Part shown: piece by piece, positions 29,391-38,884 of the stretch
Layout: each line of letters opens with the position of its first letter
Position numbering within the stretch: position 1 is the first letter of the stretch
Assembly: GCA_038869515.1 (NCBI GenBank)
Contig: JAWCQZ010000009.1
Location: 856 to 64,855 of the forward strand
DNA: 64,000 nucleotides
Direction of reading: 5' to 3'
Source: Halobacteria archaeon
Lineage (GTDB): Archaea > Halobacteriota > Syntropharchaeia > JACQPP01
Notes under the pieces: model-generated
The model's input: only the letters and a program-made list of their open reading frames with translations
The model's database searches: none
What the model was told of the DNA's origin: nothing
Translations under genes and position numbers: made by a program

Positions 29391-30737
29391 ATGACCTTCG
29401 ACGAGATGGGCCTCGCGCCGCCCCTGCTGCGGGCTGTCCGGGAGTTCGGGTTCAGGGAGCCGACCCCCATCCAGGAGCGGGCCATCCCGGTCGCCCTGCA
29501 GGGCGGAGACCTCATCGGGCTCGCCCAGACGGGGACCGGGAAGACCGCCGCCTTCCTCCTGCCCATCCTCCAGCGGTTGCTGCCGGGGCCCCGGGGGCGG
29601 ACCCGCGCCCTCGTCCTCACCCCGACCCGGGAGCTGGCCCTGCAGGCCTCGGAGTTCCTGGAGGCCTTCGCGCGCTACACGCCCCTGCGGGGGGTCACGG
29701 TCTTCGGGGGGGTGGGCTTCGAGCCCCAGACCCGGGGCCTCCGGGAGGGGGTGGACGTGGTCATCGCCACCCCGGGCCGGCTCCTCGACCACATGGAGCG
29801 CGGGAACGCCCGGTTCGACCGGCTGGAGATCCTGGTGGTGGACGAGGCGGACCGCATGATGGACATGGGGTTCCTCCCCGACCTGAGGAGGATTCTCGCC
29901 CGCATCCCCCCGCGCCGGCAGACCCTCCTCTTCTCGGCCACCATGCCCGACGAAATCCTCCACCTCACCCGCCAGATCCTCCGCGACCCGGCGACGGTCC
30001 AGGTCGGCGAGCGCTCCGCCCCGGCCGCGGGGGTCACCCACGTCATCTACCCGGTCCCCGCCCACCTCAAGACTCCCCTCCTCCTGGAGCTCCTCGACCG
30101 GACTCCGGGCATGGAGTCGGTCCTGGTCTTCACCCGGACCAAGAGGAGGGCCGACCGGCTCGCACGGACCCTGAAGGAGGAGGGGCTGAAGGTGACCGCC
30201 CTCCACGCCGACCGGACCCAGGCGCAGCGGCTCGCGGCCCTCGATGGGTTCCGGAAGAGGCGCTACCGCATCCTCATCGCGACAGACATCGTGGCGCGGG
30301 GAATCGACGTGGAGAAAATCTCGCACGTCATCAACTACGACGTCCCCTCGACGCCGGAGGACTACATCAACCGCATCGGCCGGACCGCCCGGGCGGAGGC
30401 GACCGGGGACGCCTACTCATTCGTCTCCCCCGAGGAGGACTGGGACATGAAGCACATCGAGCACGTCCTGGGGCGGCCCCTGGAGCGCATCACCCTCGAG
30501 GGGTTCGACTACGGGGCGGCGCCCCCGCCCCGGATGGCCCGGGAAGACCGGGAGGGCTTCCGGCGCGGAAGGGGGGGCCGGGGCGGCGGCTGGAGGCCGG
30601 GAGGCGGAGGGTTCCGGGGAGGTGGAGGAGGGTTCCGGCGGGGCGGAGGGGGAAGGGGCGGCCCGGGATACCGGCGCGAGCCGGTCCGCGGATTCGGGGC
30701 ACCGGTTCGGCGTCCGGGGAGCGGGGGCCGTCGGTAG
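29391..30737 (+). CDS. DEAD-box RNA helicase (RhlE-like) with RGG tail
   Basis: Q motif, AQTGTGKT, PTRELA, DEAD, SAT, ARGID, RIGRTAR. Confidence 0.95.
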   Translation: MTFDEMGLAPPLLRAVREFGFREPTPIQERAIPVALQGGDLIGLAQTGTGKTAAFLLPILQRLLPGPRGRTRALVLTPTRELALQASEFLEAFARYTPLRGVTVFGGVGFEPQTRGLREGVDVVIATPGRLLDHMERGNARFDRLEILVVDEADRMMDMGFLPDLRRILARIPPRRQTLLFSATMPDEILHLTRQILRDPATVQVGERSAPAAGVTHVIYPVPAHLKTPLLLELLDRTPGMESVLVFTRTKRRADRLARTLKEEGLKVTALHADRTQAQRLAALDGFRKRRYRILIATDIVARGIDVEKISHVINYDVPSTPEDYINRIGRTARAEATGDAYSFVSPEEDWDMKHIEHVLGRPLERITLEGFDYGAAPPPRMAREDREGFRRGRGGRGGGWRPGGGGFRGGGGGFRRGGGGRGGPGYRREPVRGFGAPVRRPGSGGRR

Positions 30738-30749
30738 GGCGCGCAGCCC

Positions 30750-31934
30750 ATGGCTCCGGCGCTGTCGAAGAAACTGCTCCCCTGGTTCCGCACCAACAAA
30801 CGCGACCTCCCCTGGCGGAGGACCTATACCGCCGGAACGCGCCCGAAGGGCGCGGCGCCATTCTTGGAGGGCGGGGTGGACCGGAACGGAGGGGGGCGGA
30901 GCCCCCCTCGAGGGGTCCACCGAAGGCGGTCGAAAGTCAATCATCCTGACCCCTACGCCATCTGGGTCTCGGAGGCGATGCTGCAGCAGACGCGGGTCGA
31001 GGCCGCGGTGGACTACTACCGCCGGTTCCTGCGTCGCTTTCCGACCGTCGAGGCCCTGGCCCGGGCTCCCGAGTCGGAGGTTTTGAAAGCGTGGGAGGGG
31101 CTCGGCTACTACTCCAGGGCCCGCCATCTCCGCCGGGCCGCCGAAATCGTCGTCCGGGAGCACGGCGGCCGCGTCCCCCGCGACCCGGAGGCCTTCGGGG
31201 CTTTGCCCGGGGTGGGGCCCTACATCCGGGGCGCGGTCATGTCCATCGCCTACGATTTGCCGGAGCCGATTCTCGACGGGAACGTGAAGCGGGTCCTCGC
31301 GCGCTACTTTGCGGTGACGGAACCGCTGCCGAAGTCCGAGCCCCGGCTTCGGGGGCTCGCCGCGGATGTGCTCGACCGGCGCCACCCGGGAGAGTTCAAC
31401 GAGGCCCTCATGGAACTGGGCGCGACCGTCTGCACGCCCCGCGAGCCGAAATGCGACGGGTGCCCCATCCGCCGGGGCTGCCGGGCGCGGGCGCGCGGGT
31501 TGCAGGACTCCCTGCCCCGCCGGGCCCCGATGGGAAAGGTCCCCCGCCACGAGGCCGCCGTCGGCGTGGTCCGGCGCGGGGAGCGCATCCTCATCGCTCT
31601 CCGGCCATCCGCGGGGCTCCTCGGGGGGCTGTGGGAGTTGCCGGGGGGCAAGCGGAAGCCGGGTGAGAGCCTCGCCGGTTGCGCCGCCCGCGAAATCGCG
31701 GAGGAGACCGGGCTCCGGGTGCGGGCGGGCCGGAGGCTGGCGACGGTGGAGCACGCCTACACCCACTTCAAGGTCACCCTCCACGCCTACGAGTGCGCCG
31801 TGGCGGGGGGGCGCGCCCGGCCCATCGGGTGCGCGGAGGTCCGGTGGGTGCGGCCCCGGGAACTGGAGAACTACGCCTTCCCCCGCGCGAACCGGAAGCT
31901 GTTTGAACAAATCGGAGAGGTGCTGGGATGGTGA
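30750..31934 (+). CDS. mutY: A/G-specific adenine glycosylase with a ~40-aa N-terminal insertion
   Basis: RDLPWR, WVSE.MLQQT, W.GLGYY.RAR, HhH LPGVGPY, C-x6-C-x2-C-x5-C, C-terminal Nudix-like domain. Confidence 0.93.
   Translation: MAPALSKKLLPWFRTNKRDLPWRRTYTAGTRPKGAAPFLEGGVDRNGGGRSPPRGVHRRRSKVNHPDPYAIWVSEAMLQQTRVEAAVDYYRRFLRRFPTVEALARAPESEVLKAWEGLGYYSRARHLRRAAEIVVREHGGRVPRDPEAFGALPGVGPYIRGAVMSIAYDLPEPILDGNVKRVLARYFAVTEPLPKSEPRLRGLAADVLDRRHPGEFNEALMELGATVCTPREPKCDGCPIRRGCRARARGLQDSLPRRAPMGKVPRHEAAVGVVRRGERILIALRPSAGLLGGLWELPGGKRKPGESLAGCAAREIAEETGLRVRAGRRLATVEHAYTHFKVTLHAYECAVAGGRARPIGCAEVRWVRPRELENYAFPRANRKLFEQIGEVLGW
30825..30944. repeat. In-frame structured insertion inside mutY
   Basis: ACCGCC/GGCGGT outer stem, CGCGCCC-GAA-GGGCGCG, GGTGGACC/GGTCCACC, GAGGGGGGC-GGA-GCCCCCCTC. 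Confidence 0.7.
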
Positions 31935-32070
31935 ACCCGTTGACGGTCCTGGAGGCCGGCGCCACCATCAACCGCCTCTCCCGCAACCGGGCCCTCCGGG
32001 GCTGGAAGCGCTACCCCGGCAACGCCCGGGCCGTCTGCGAGGCCGTGGCCGCCGAGCGTGAGCGAGCGTT

Positions 32071-33108
32071 TTAACTCTCTTCCTTGACAAGAGACCAAAT
32101 CTGTTTTAAGGGCAATTCGGCCTGAATATCTTCAGGCAGTTTTTCATAGTTCTCAAGAAGATTTTCTACTAATTCGTCGGCATTCCAAAGTCGGATTTGA
32201 AAATATCCTCTTTTGGCCTCATCGTATACTGACTTTTTAAAACCGCCCCAACAAATCAGTAGTCCCTTATCAGCTTTATGCGCAGTCATCACGCCTTGGA
32301 GTTCTCTTAGGACTTTTACGTCAGTGGGCTGGTCGCTTGATTTTACCTGAACACAAATTCCCGGAGGATCAAAGCCCATAAGTCCCTTTCCGGCGAGAAT
32401 GTCTACACCACCATCAGGACCTGGAGGCGAACGAAGAGTTTTGAAGCCTTGCGCTTGTAGAAGCGCATCAACAAGACGAGCCAGTTCATGCGATTTGAAT
32501 CTTGTTCCGATGTGGCCCCGTATCTGGTCAAGTGCGCGCTCTTCGATGTCAATCTCCGGCGCCTGTGTGTCTGTCGGCTCTTGGACTTCGGTAACCGTCG
32601 GCACTTGCGTTGCAGCAAAGGCAGTCTTTCGGCCTTCGATTATGTCTCTAATCCGTTCCTCGGCCCCATTACGTTCAATCTTACACACGGTCATAGCCGC
32701 CCCTAGTGAGTGGAGGATGTCTTGATCGAATTTCGAGCGAGGGACATCTTTCCATTTCCATTCGACGGGACGCGTGTGTCTGGCATAGATTTCAAGGTCG
32801 TCTCGATATTCGTATGGCCCTTTAATTTCTCCAAAAGCGATTATCCCCTTCCGCGTTTTCAGTGGAAGTCCCACAAGATCTCCAACTTGCATCCTGCTGA
32901 GAAAAGCCCAAATTTGGCCAACGTGGTTTGCAACCTTTCCAGGCGATGCTTTGGGATAGGCTTTTTTGTAGAGACTTTCAAGTGCGTCACGTGAACTCAC
33001 GCTCGATAGGTCCCGGAGTTCTCGCCAACTTATTACTGCGACATTCTGTTCTAATGCAATATTCTCTGCTTCGCCACTTCTTCCGCCACGGACCAACCAA
33101 ACTCCCAT
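32071..33108 (-). CDS. Mrr-superfamily (type IV) restriction endonuclease with N-terminal PUA/EVE-like domain
   Basis: WLVRGG.SGE, GPDGGVDI.A....VQVK Mrr_cat motif, ELP LKQIW end; lower GC than flanks. Confidence 0.85.
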   Translation of the reverse strand: MGVWLVRGGRSGEAENIALEQNVAVISWRELRDLSSVSSRDALESLYKKAYPKASPGKVANHVGQIWAFLSRMQVGDLVGLPLKTRKGIIAFGEIKGPYEYRDDLEIYARHTRPVEWKWKDVPRSKFDQDILHSLGAAMTVCKIERNGAEERIRDIIEGRKTAFAATQVPTVTEVQEPTDTQAPEIDIEERALDQIRGHIGTRFKSHELARLVDALLQAQGFKTLRSPPGPDGGVDILAGKGLMGFDPPGICVQVKSSDQPTDVKVLRELQGVMTAHKADKGLLICWGGFKKSVYDEAKRGYFQIRLWNADELVENLLENYEKLPEDIQAELPLKQIWSLVKEES

Positions 33109-33125
33109 CGAGAAACAACTCCCTC

Positions 33126-34121
33126 TTAAATTAAATCTTCCGGTCCGTTGGCAGGGTATTTTAATTGCGGCCTCACGGACTGTGCAATTCGAAGTAGGAA
33201 CGTATCCGTTCTCTCACTCTTCTCCAAGTGCACGCCAGCCCCCTCGAACACCGTCAGCCCAATCGACTCCCTCCCCGAAAACCACCCGCTCCTCGAATTA
33301 TAGTACATCCACAGGTCGTCCCCGACGCGCTTCGCATCCAACTGGTAGACGAGCCCCCGCTTCCACTTTTTCCCCGGGTCGGGCTCCAGCAACGGCTTGG
33401 GAAAGAGGGGCTCCCACTTGATTCCATCTCCCGACCTCAGCGCCCAGATGGCCGACCGCGTCTTCCCTTCCCGGTCGCGGAACATCGTGTTCTGGAATCC
33501 CAGCAGCCCCCCGTCGGCCCCGCGGTAGACCTTGATGCCCCCGGAACTCATGTTTCGCCATGGGTCGTCGTCGCGCGGGACGAGAATCGGCTCCGGCCGC
33601 CGCTCGAAAGGGCCCAGGGGCCCCGGCCCCTCTGCGAGCCCCAGCACCTTCGGTTCGTAAACCCGCACGTCGGGGAGCCAGACCCGGTCGGCGCCGTAGT
33701 AGAGGAGGCAGCGCCCCTTCCACTTCACCACGGCGGGGTTCTTCACCGTCCGGTTTTCCCAGGGCAACTTCGCCGCGAGGATCTCCTCGGGCGGCCCCCA
33801 GCGCCGAAGGTCCTTCGAGCGCCGCGCCACGATGGTCGAGGTCGGGGGCTTGCCGTGCTTCCGGTAGTAGAGGTAGAACTCAGGCCCGTCCTTCAGCAGC
33901 ATCGGGTTGAAGCCGAACCACCAGTGGTCGCGGGCGCGCCTCCAGCGGAGGCCGTCTGGCGATGTGAAGTGGCTGATGCGGACCGCGCTGCAGGTGAACA
34001 TGTGCCACTTGCCATCCGGACTCTCGCTTGCGGTTGCGACGGCAGGGTCCGCGTAGACCCACCGGAAACCGGGGCCCACGACGGGATTGCCCGGATGGTC
34101 CCGGGCGGGCCAGGGCTCCAT
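33126..34121 (-). CDS. Five-bladed beta-propeller glycoside hydrolase (GH43/GH130-like)
   Basis: NPVV..ADP, SPDGL.W, KNPAVV, GPLGPF.R..PIL, YYNSR.GW..G.ESIG. Confidence 0.75.
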   Translation of the reverse strand: MEPWPARDHPGNPVVGPGFRWVYADPAVATASESPDGKWHMFTCSAVRISHFTSPDGLRWRRARDHWWFGFNPMLLKDGPEFYLYYRKHGKPPTSTIVARRSKDLRRWGPPEEILAAKLPWENRTVKNPAVVKWKGRCLLYYGADRVWLPDVRVYEPKVLGLAEGPGPLGPFERRPEPILVPRDDDPWRNMSSGGIKVYRGADGGLLGFQNTMFRDREGKTRSAIWALRSGDGIKWEPLFPKPLLEPDPGKKWKRGLVYQLDAKRVGDDLWMYYNSRSGWFSGRESIGLTVFEGAGVHLEKSERTDTFLLRIAQSVRPQLKYPANGPEDLI

Positions 34122-34123
34122 CC

Positions 34124-34462
34124 CTACTCGGGCTTGCGGGGCTTGAGGAGCCGCTCGATGGGGGCGCGGATGGCGGGCGGGAGCCGGTTGAGGACCCGGT
34201 CCTCATACATCTCCACCGCCTCCCGGACCGTGTCGGCGAACGCCTCCGTGAGGACCTGGGTCACCTCGGTCAGGTCGCCCTTCCGGATGTCCTGGCGGTA
34301 TGCCCGCAACTCCTTCTGGATGCGCTTCCGGGCCCCCTCGAAGAGGTGGTAGAGATCGGGGTCGAGGTTCTGGAGGATGCGTTCGAGCGCGCTCTCCCGC
34401 GGGGGCTTCCGGGGGGCCCTCCGGGAGGCGGTCTTCCCTCCTTTCCTCGCTTTCCGGCCCAC
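34124..34462 (-). CDS. Hypothetical helical protein
   Basis: Typical GC-rich codon usage, TATA-like TTTAATA upstream, coupled to the downstream gene. Confidence 0.6.
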   Translation of the reverse strand: MGRKARKGGKTASRRAPRKPPRESALERILQNLDPDLYHLFEGARKRIQKELRAYRQDIRKGDLTEVTQVLTEAFADTVREAVEMYEDRVLNRLPPAIRAPIERLLKPRKPE

Positions 34463-34530
34463 GGGTATGGGGGATGTCCGGAGTCTATTAAACTTGACCT
34501 GACCCGGGGCCTCCGGGAGGGGCTGCCGGG

Positions 34531-35931
34531 TCAGAAAATCTTGCCGGGGTTGAGAATCCCGCCCGGGTCGAAGGCCGCCTTGATGCGCCTCATCAGCCCG
34601 ATCTCCTCGGGGCTGAAGGCGAGTTTCAGGTATTCGCGGTTGACCGACCCGATGCCGTGCTCCGCCGAGATGGTGCCCCCGAGGGCCACGACCCTGCGGT
34701 AGACCTCCTCGACCGCCTTGTTGACGGTGTCGCGCCACTCCGCGGTGTTCCCTTTCATCACCATCAGGTGGATGTTTCCGTCCCCCGCGTGGCCGAACGC
34801 GATGGTCTCGAAGGCGGGGTATTTCGCCTTGACCTCGTCGAGCGCCTTGAAGAAGTCCGGAACCTTCGACCGGGGGACCACGACGTCGGGGGCGCGCATC
34901 ACCCGGGGCCGCAGGATTTCGCCGAAACTGTCGCGCATCTTCCAGATGCGCTGGACCTTCGCCGCGGTGTCGCAGACGGCGACCTCCCCGCTCGCCAGCC
35001 GCGCGCACGCCTCCCCCACCTTGGCCGCCTCCGCCTCGACCGCCCCGGGGTCGGTCCCGTCCACCTCGACGAGGGCGACGACGTTCCCGTCCCCGACGGC
35101 GTAGGACTCGCCGGTTTTCTCCTCCACGGCCCGGACGGCGGCCCGCTCCATCAGTTCGAGGGTGCGGGGGACCACCCCCATCCGGAAGAGTTCGGGGCCG
35201 AGGCGGGCGGCGGAGCGCATGTCGGCGAAAGGGGCGACGAGGGTCCAGGAGTGGGCGGGGAAGGGGCGGAGGCGGAGGGTGAGTTGCGTCACCACGGCCA
35301 GGGTCCCCTCGGAGCCGATGAGCAACTGGGTGAGGTTGTAGCCGGTGCTGCTCTTCACCAGTTTCCCTCCGGACCGGATGACCTCGCCCGTCGGCAGGAC
35401 CGCTTCGCACCCGAGGACCCAGTCGCGGGTGACGCCGTACTTCACCGCCCGCGTCCCCCCCGCGTTGTGGGCGATGTTTCCCGCGAGGGTGGAGGAGCCG
35501 CTCGTCGGGAGGTCGGGGGGGTAGAAGAGGCCGACCGCCTCGACCGCCTCCTGGAGGGACCGGGTCGTGACCCCCGCCTCGACCACGGCCGCCATCGCGT
35601 CCCGGTCGATGTCGAGGATGCGGTTCATCCGGTCGAGGGTGAGGACGACTCCCGCCTGCACCGGCATCGCTCCGCCGCTCAGGCCGGTGCCGCCGCCGCG
35701 GGGGGTGACGGGGACCCGCGCCTCGTTGCAGAGCCTCAGCACCCGCGACACTTCCTCGGTGGACCCCGCCCGCACCACCGCCTCGGGCATGCGGAAGATC
35801 ACGTTCGTGGCGTCGGTGGCGTGGCGCTTCAGGGAGTCCTTGTCGGCCAGCACGTTCTGCGACCCCACGATGCCGCGGATTTTGTCCAGAAACTCGGGCG
35901 TCGCCTTTCCGTACTTCGACTGCGCGGCCAT
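34531..35931 (-). CDS. FAD-linked oxidase (GlcD / D-lactate dehydrogenase-like)
   Basis: PRGGGTGLSGG, NAGG.RAVKYG.TRD, GSEGTL, GHAGDGN.H, AEHGIG, DP.GILNPGK. Confidence 0.92.
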   Translation of the reverse strand: MAAQSKYGKATPEFLDKIRGIVGSQNVLADKDSLKRHATDATNVIFRMPEAVVRAGSTEEVSRVLRLCNEARVPVTPRGGGTGLSGGAMPVQAGVVLTLDRMNRILDIDRDAMAAVVEAGVTTRSLQEAVEAVGLFYPPDLPTSGSSTLAGNIAHNAGGTRAVKYGVTRDWVLGCEAVLPTGEVIRSGGKLVKSSTGYNLTQLLIGSEGTLAVVTQLTLRLRPFPAHSWTLVAPFADMRSAARLGPELFRMGVVPRTLELMERAAVRAVEEKTGESYAVGDGNVVALVEVDGTDPGAVEAEAAKVGEACARLASGEVAVCDTAAKVQRIWKMRDSFGEILRPRVMRAPDVVVPRSKVPDFFKALDEVKAKYPAFETIAFGHAGDGNIHLMVMKGNTAEWRDTVNKAVEEVYRRVVALGGTISAEHGIGSVNREYLKLAFSPEEIGLMRRIKAAFDPGGILNPGKIF

Positions 35932-35977
35932 GCCCTATCCTCGGTGTTTATCTATTTTAGGCTTCCAGAGAGGCAGA

Positions 35978-36051
35978 GCCCCGGTGGGCTAGTCCGGATA
36001 TACTCCGAGCCTGCGGAGCTCGGGACCCGAGTTCAAATCTCGGCCGGGGCA
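35978..36051 (+). tRNA. tRNA-Arg(GCG), no encoded CCA
   Basis: Acceptor GCCCCGG/CCGGGGC, anticodon arm CGAGC-CTGCGGA-GCTCG, T arm CCGAG-TTCAAAT-CTCGG. Confidence 0.93.
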
Positions 36052-36065
36052 CACCCCTTAGAGGG

Positions 36066-36096
36066 GAGGAGGGGGGCTCCGCCCCCCCCTCCCTCC
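36066..36096. repeat. GGGGGC-TCC-GCCCCC hairpin, reverse copy of the motif in the mutY insertion
   Basis: GAGGGGGGCTCCGCCCCCC matches the reverse complement of 30891-30909. Confidence 0.55.
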
Positions 36097-36118
36097 ATCG
36101 GACCGGCGTGATTGAAAA

Positions 36119-36403
36119 TTATTTTTTCAACGACTCGATGAACTCGTCGATGGGGATGGCGGGCAGGGTCTCCGACTCGAAGTTCCCGGTCTCCGCGAGG
36201 AGCGCGCTGATTTTTGCAGCGGTCTTGGCGTCGGGGGCCTCGAAGAGCGCGATGAAATCGTAGCGCCCGAGGGTGGCGTGGAGGGAGAGCATCTTCCCGC
36301 CGTTCTTCTCCATGATGGAGCGGGCCTCGGCGCGGATTTTGTCTAGGTTGCGCACGCTCCTCGCCGCCTGGGAGGTGAGCCGGGTAAGACGGATGAAGAG
36401 CAT
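36119..36403 (-). CDS. GYD-domain protein
   Basis: GGK...H.TLGRYD.I...EAPD, G...SETL.A. Confidence 0.85.
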   Translation of the reverse strand: MLFIRLTRLTSQAARSVRNLDKIRAEARSIMEKNGGKMLSLHATLGRYDFIALFEAPDAKTAAKISALLAETGNFESETLPAIPIDEFIESLKK

Positions 36404-37212
36404 CACGCCCCCTTGAGGTTGCGGTCCAGGAAGGCCACGGTCTTCGCCCAGGCGTCCTGCGTCTGGTTCGGGGCGTAGTTCGCGCCCGATGGGTTCGCGA
36501 AGGCGTGTCCCACTCCCGGGTAGACGTGGATTTCGTTGGGGATGGAGAGGGAGTCGAGGGCACGGTCGAACTCCTGGACGCGGGAGACCGGGATGGAGGC
36601 GTCCTTGTCGCCGAAGACGCCGAGGACCGGCCACCGGATGGCGGAGAGCCGGGCCGAGTCGTTCACCAGACTCCCGTAGTAGATGACCGTCGCGGCGAGG
36701 GGCTCGCCGCTCAGGGCGAGTTGCAGGGACTGCCCGCCGCCGAAGCACCAGCCGAGGGAGGCGATGCGGGGCGCCCCCTCCCGGGCCCGGAGGTGGGCGG
36801 CAGCGGCCCGCAGGTTCTCCACCGCGCGGGTGGCGTTCAGGGAGGAGACCTGCCTCCGCGCCTCGTCAGGAGTGGCGGCGACAGAGCCGAAGAGGTCGAC
36901 CGCAAGCACCGCGTAGCCCTCGGAGGCGAGTTGCCGGGCCATGGCGCGGATGTTGTCGTTGAGCCCCCACCACTCGTGAATCATGACGACCCCGGGGTAG
37001 GCGCCGGGGGCCGCGGGCCGGGCGAGATATCCCGCCGCGCCCTCGAAGTAGGAGAGGTTATCGGCGCGGACCTCCAGGCCCCCGGGCCGGGTCAGGGCCT
37101 CGACGTTGGTCGCGGAGGGCGCGGGGGGCGTCGCCGGGGCCGCGGGCGGAGACTGGATGCAGGCGGACGCCAGGAGCAGGGCGAGGAGGACCGGCAGGAG
37201 GGGGGGCTTCAT
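36403..37212 (-). CDS. Dienelactone hydrolase family lipoprotein
   Basis: Lipobox LASAC, HEWWGLN, GWCFGG, GHAFANPSG. Confidence 0.9.
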   Translation of the reverse strand: MKPPLLPVLLALLLASACIQSPPAAPATPPAPSATNVEALTRPGGLEVRADNLSYFEGAAGYLARPAAPGAYPGVVMIHEWWGLNDNIRAMARQLASEGYAVLAVDLFGSVAATPDEARRQVSSLNATRAVENLRAAAAHLRAREGAPRIASLGWCFGGGQSLQLALSGEPLAATVIYYGSLVNDSARLSAIRWPVLGVFGDKDASIPVSRVQEFDRALDSLSIPNEIHVYPGVGHAFANPSGANYAPNQTQDAWAKTVAFLDRNLKGA

Positions 37213-37249
37213 GGAACGTAGGTGCGAGGGGCCGCTCAAAAATCTTGGC

Positions 37250-37465
37250 TCACACCCTCTCCAAGGTGGAAAGGACCCGCTCCTTGAACCGGTCCACGTC
37301 CACGCCCACCGCGACCTCCACCAGGGCCCCGGAGCCCTCCCGGACCTGCCCACGGCGGAGGGGGTCGGTCCGCACTTCCAGCCGCAGTCTCTCGGTCCCG
37401 GCGAGCGAGGGGTCGAGAGCCGCCGCCACGGCGAGGGTGCCCCGCAGGGGGAGGACGAGGGGCAC
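37250..37465 (-). pseudogene. Remnant of an inosine/uridine nucleoside hydrolase (C-terminal part only)
   Basis: LAVAAALDPSL...L.VEV..D...RGQ...VEVAVGVDVDRF resembles the IunH C-terminus; only ~71 codons. Confidence 0.55.
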
Positions 37466-37505
37466 GGCGGAATGTTTAAACCGGGGCCCCTTTTGACTTT
37501 GCTCC

Positions 37506-37739
37506 ATGCGCCCGCTCGCCTTCCTCGGGGTCGGCATGGCCTTCTACTACTTCCTGCCGGTTTTGGGCATCGTCGGGGACGACCTCGCGACGTTCCACAT
37601 CGGGCCCCGGACCGGCCAGAGGCTCGCGGAGGCTTACCAGAACCTCCAACTCCACATGTTCGCCGTGGTGGCTCTGGCGCTCCTCGCCCTCTGGGCGTTG
37701 AGGACGGTCCGCCGGGACCGGGAGACGGACGCCCGCTAA
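37506..37739 (+). CDS. Small two-TM membrane protein
   Basis: Two hydrophobic segments; TTTAAA TATA-like box upstream. Confidence 0.55.
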   Translation: MRPLAFLGVGMAFYYFLPVLGIVGDDLATFHIGPRTGQRLAEAYQNLQLHMFAVVALALLALWALRTVRRDRETDAR

Positions 37740-37927
37740 CTGAGCCGCACCGGGCGCTTGCAGGAGGGGCAGGCGCCAGATTCCTTCGAGATGTCGTGGC
37801 CGCACCCGCGGCAGGAACGGGGCGCGCCGGCGGGGGCCGCGACGGGGCGGGCCTTCGCCGGGGACTTGCACCCCGGGCAGACCCAGAAAGCGGGGATGAG
37901 GGCCCGGCCGCATCTCTGGCAATACAT
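37736..37927 (-). CDS. Double zinc-ribbon protein
   Basis: Four CxxC pairs in 63 aa. Confidence 0.7.
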   Translation of the reverse strand: MYCQRCGRALIPAFWVCPGCKSPAKARPVAAPAGAPRSCRGCGHDISKESGACPSCKRPVRLS

Positions 37928-38080
37928 CCGGAGGGGTGGACGGGGATGAATTAAACCCAGCGGTCCGTTGCCTCCCGGGAACCGGCCCGGATATGCGGCC
38001 TGCCGATGGCGAAAACAGGACTTCGGACCTGCCCTTCTTCCGGCGAAACTATATTAGGGTCCCGCCGGGAACGGGCTCCC

Positions 38081-38884
38081 ATGACCGAACTCGGGAAGCG
38101 CATCCGCATGGAGCGCATCATCAACCGGAAGGACGGCAACACGGTCATCGTCCCGATGGACCACGGGACCTCGATGGGGCCCATCCCGGGCCTCGAGTCC
38201 ATGACCAAGACCGTGGACGCCGTGGCCGACGGAGGGGCCGACGCGGTCCTCATCCACAAGGGCATCGCCCGCGCCGGCCACCGCGGCTACGGCCGGGACG
38301 TGGGGCTCATCATCCACATCTCCGCCTCCACCAGCCTGGGACCCGACCCGCTCGACAAGGTCCCGGTGGCCACCGTCCAGGAGGTGGTGAAGATGGGGGC
38401 CGACGCCATCTCGGTCCACGTCAACGTGGGGGCCGACTGCGAGGCGCGGATGCTCCGGGAGCTGGGCGAGGTCTCCCGCGAGTGCATGGAGTGGGGGATG
38501 CCGCTGGTCGCGATGATGTACCCCCGCGGCAAGAAAATCAAATCGGAACACGACCCGGACCACGTGAAGCACGTGGCGCGGCTCGGGGCGGAACTGGGCG
38601 CGGACATCATCAAGACCCCATACACGGGGAACCCCGACACCTTCGCCGACGTGGTGAAGGGGTGCCCGGTCCCCGTGGTCATCGCCGGGGGCCCGAAGAT
38701 GAACTCCGACTCCGACGTCCTGGAGATGGTCCGGGACGCGATGGAGGCGGGGGCCAAGGGGGCCTCCATCGGCCGCAACATCTTCCAGCACGCCGACCCG
38801 ACCGGGATGACCCGGGCGATTGCGAGGGTGGTCCACGGGACGGCGACGGTGAAGGAAGCGCTGAAGGAAATCAAGAAAAAGTGA
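38081..38884 (+). CDS. 2-amino-3,7-dideoxy-D-threo-hept-6-ulosonate synthase (DhnA-type class I aldolase)
   Basis: GK.IRMERI, VPMDHG, H.SAST.L.PDP, MMYPRG, GADIIKT.YTG, IAGGPK, GRNIFQ. Confidence 0.88.
   Translation: MTELGKRIRMERIINRKDGNTVIVPMDHGTSMGPIPGLESMTKTVDAVADGGADAVLIHKGIARAGHRGYGRDVGLIIHISASTSLGPDPLDKVPVATVQEVVKMGADAISVHVNVGADCEARMLRELGEVSRECMEWGMPLVAMMYPRGKKIKSEHDPDHVKHVARLGAELGADIIKTPYTGNPDTFADVVKGCPVPVVIAGGPKMNSDSDVLEMVRDAMEAGAKGASIGRNIFQHADPTGMTRAIARVVHGTATVKEALKEIKKK

Noticed and set aside
30555-30735. G-rich tandem-like repeats at the end of the DEAD-box gene
   Set aside because: They encode an ordinary RGG/GGGF low-complexity tail common in these helicases
30815-30950. Bulge-helix-bulge intron in mutY
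   Set aside because: The only BHB-like pairing I found (GACC/GGTC) lacks an exon stem, and splicing there would create an in-frame TAA
35978-36051. tRNA-Arg as the attachment site for the 41-49 kb island
   Set aside because: No duplicated tRNA 3' end and no integrase seen; housekeeping genes intervene
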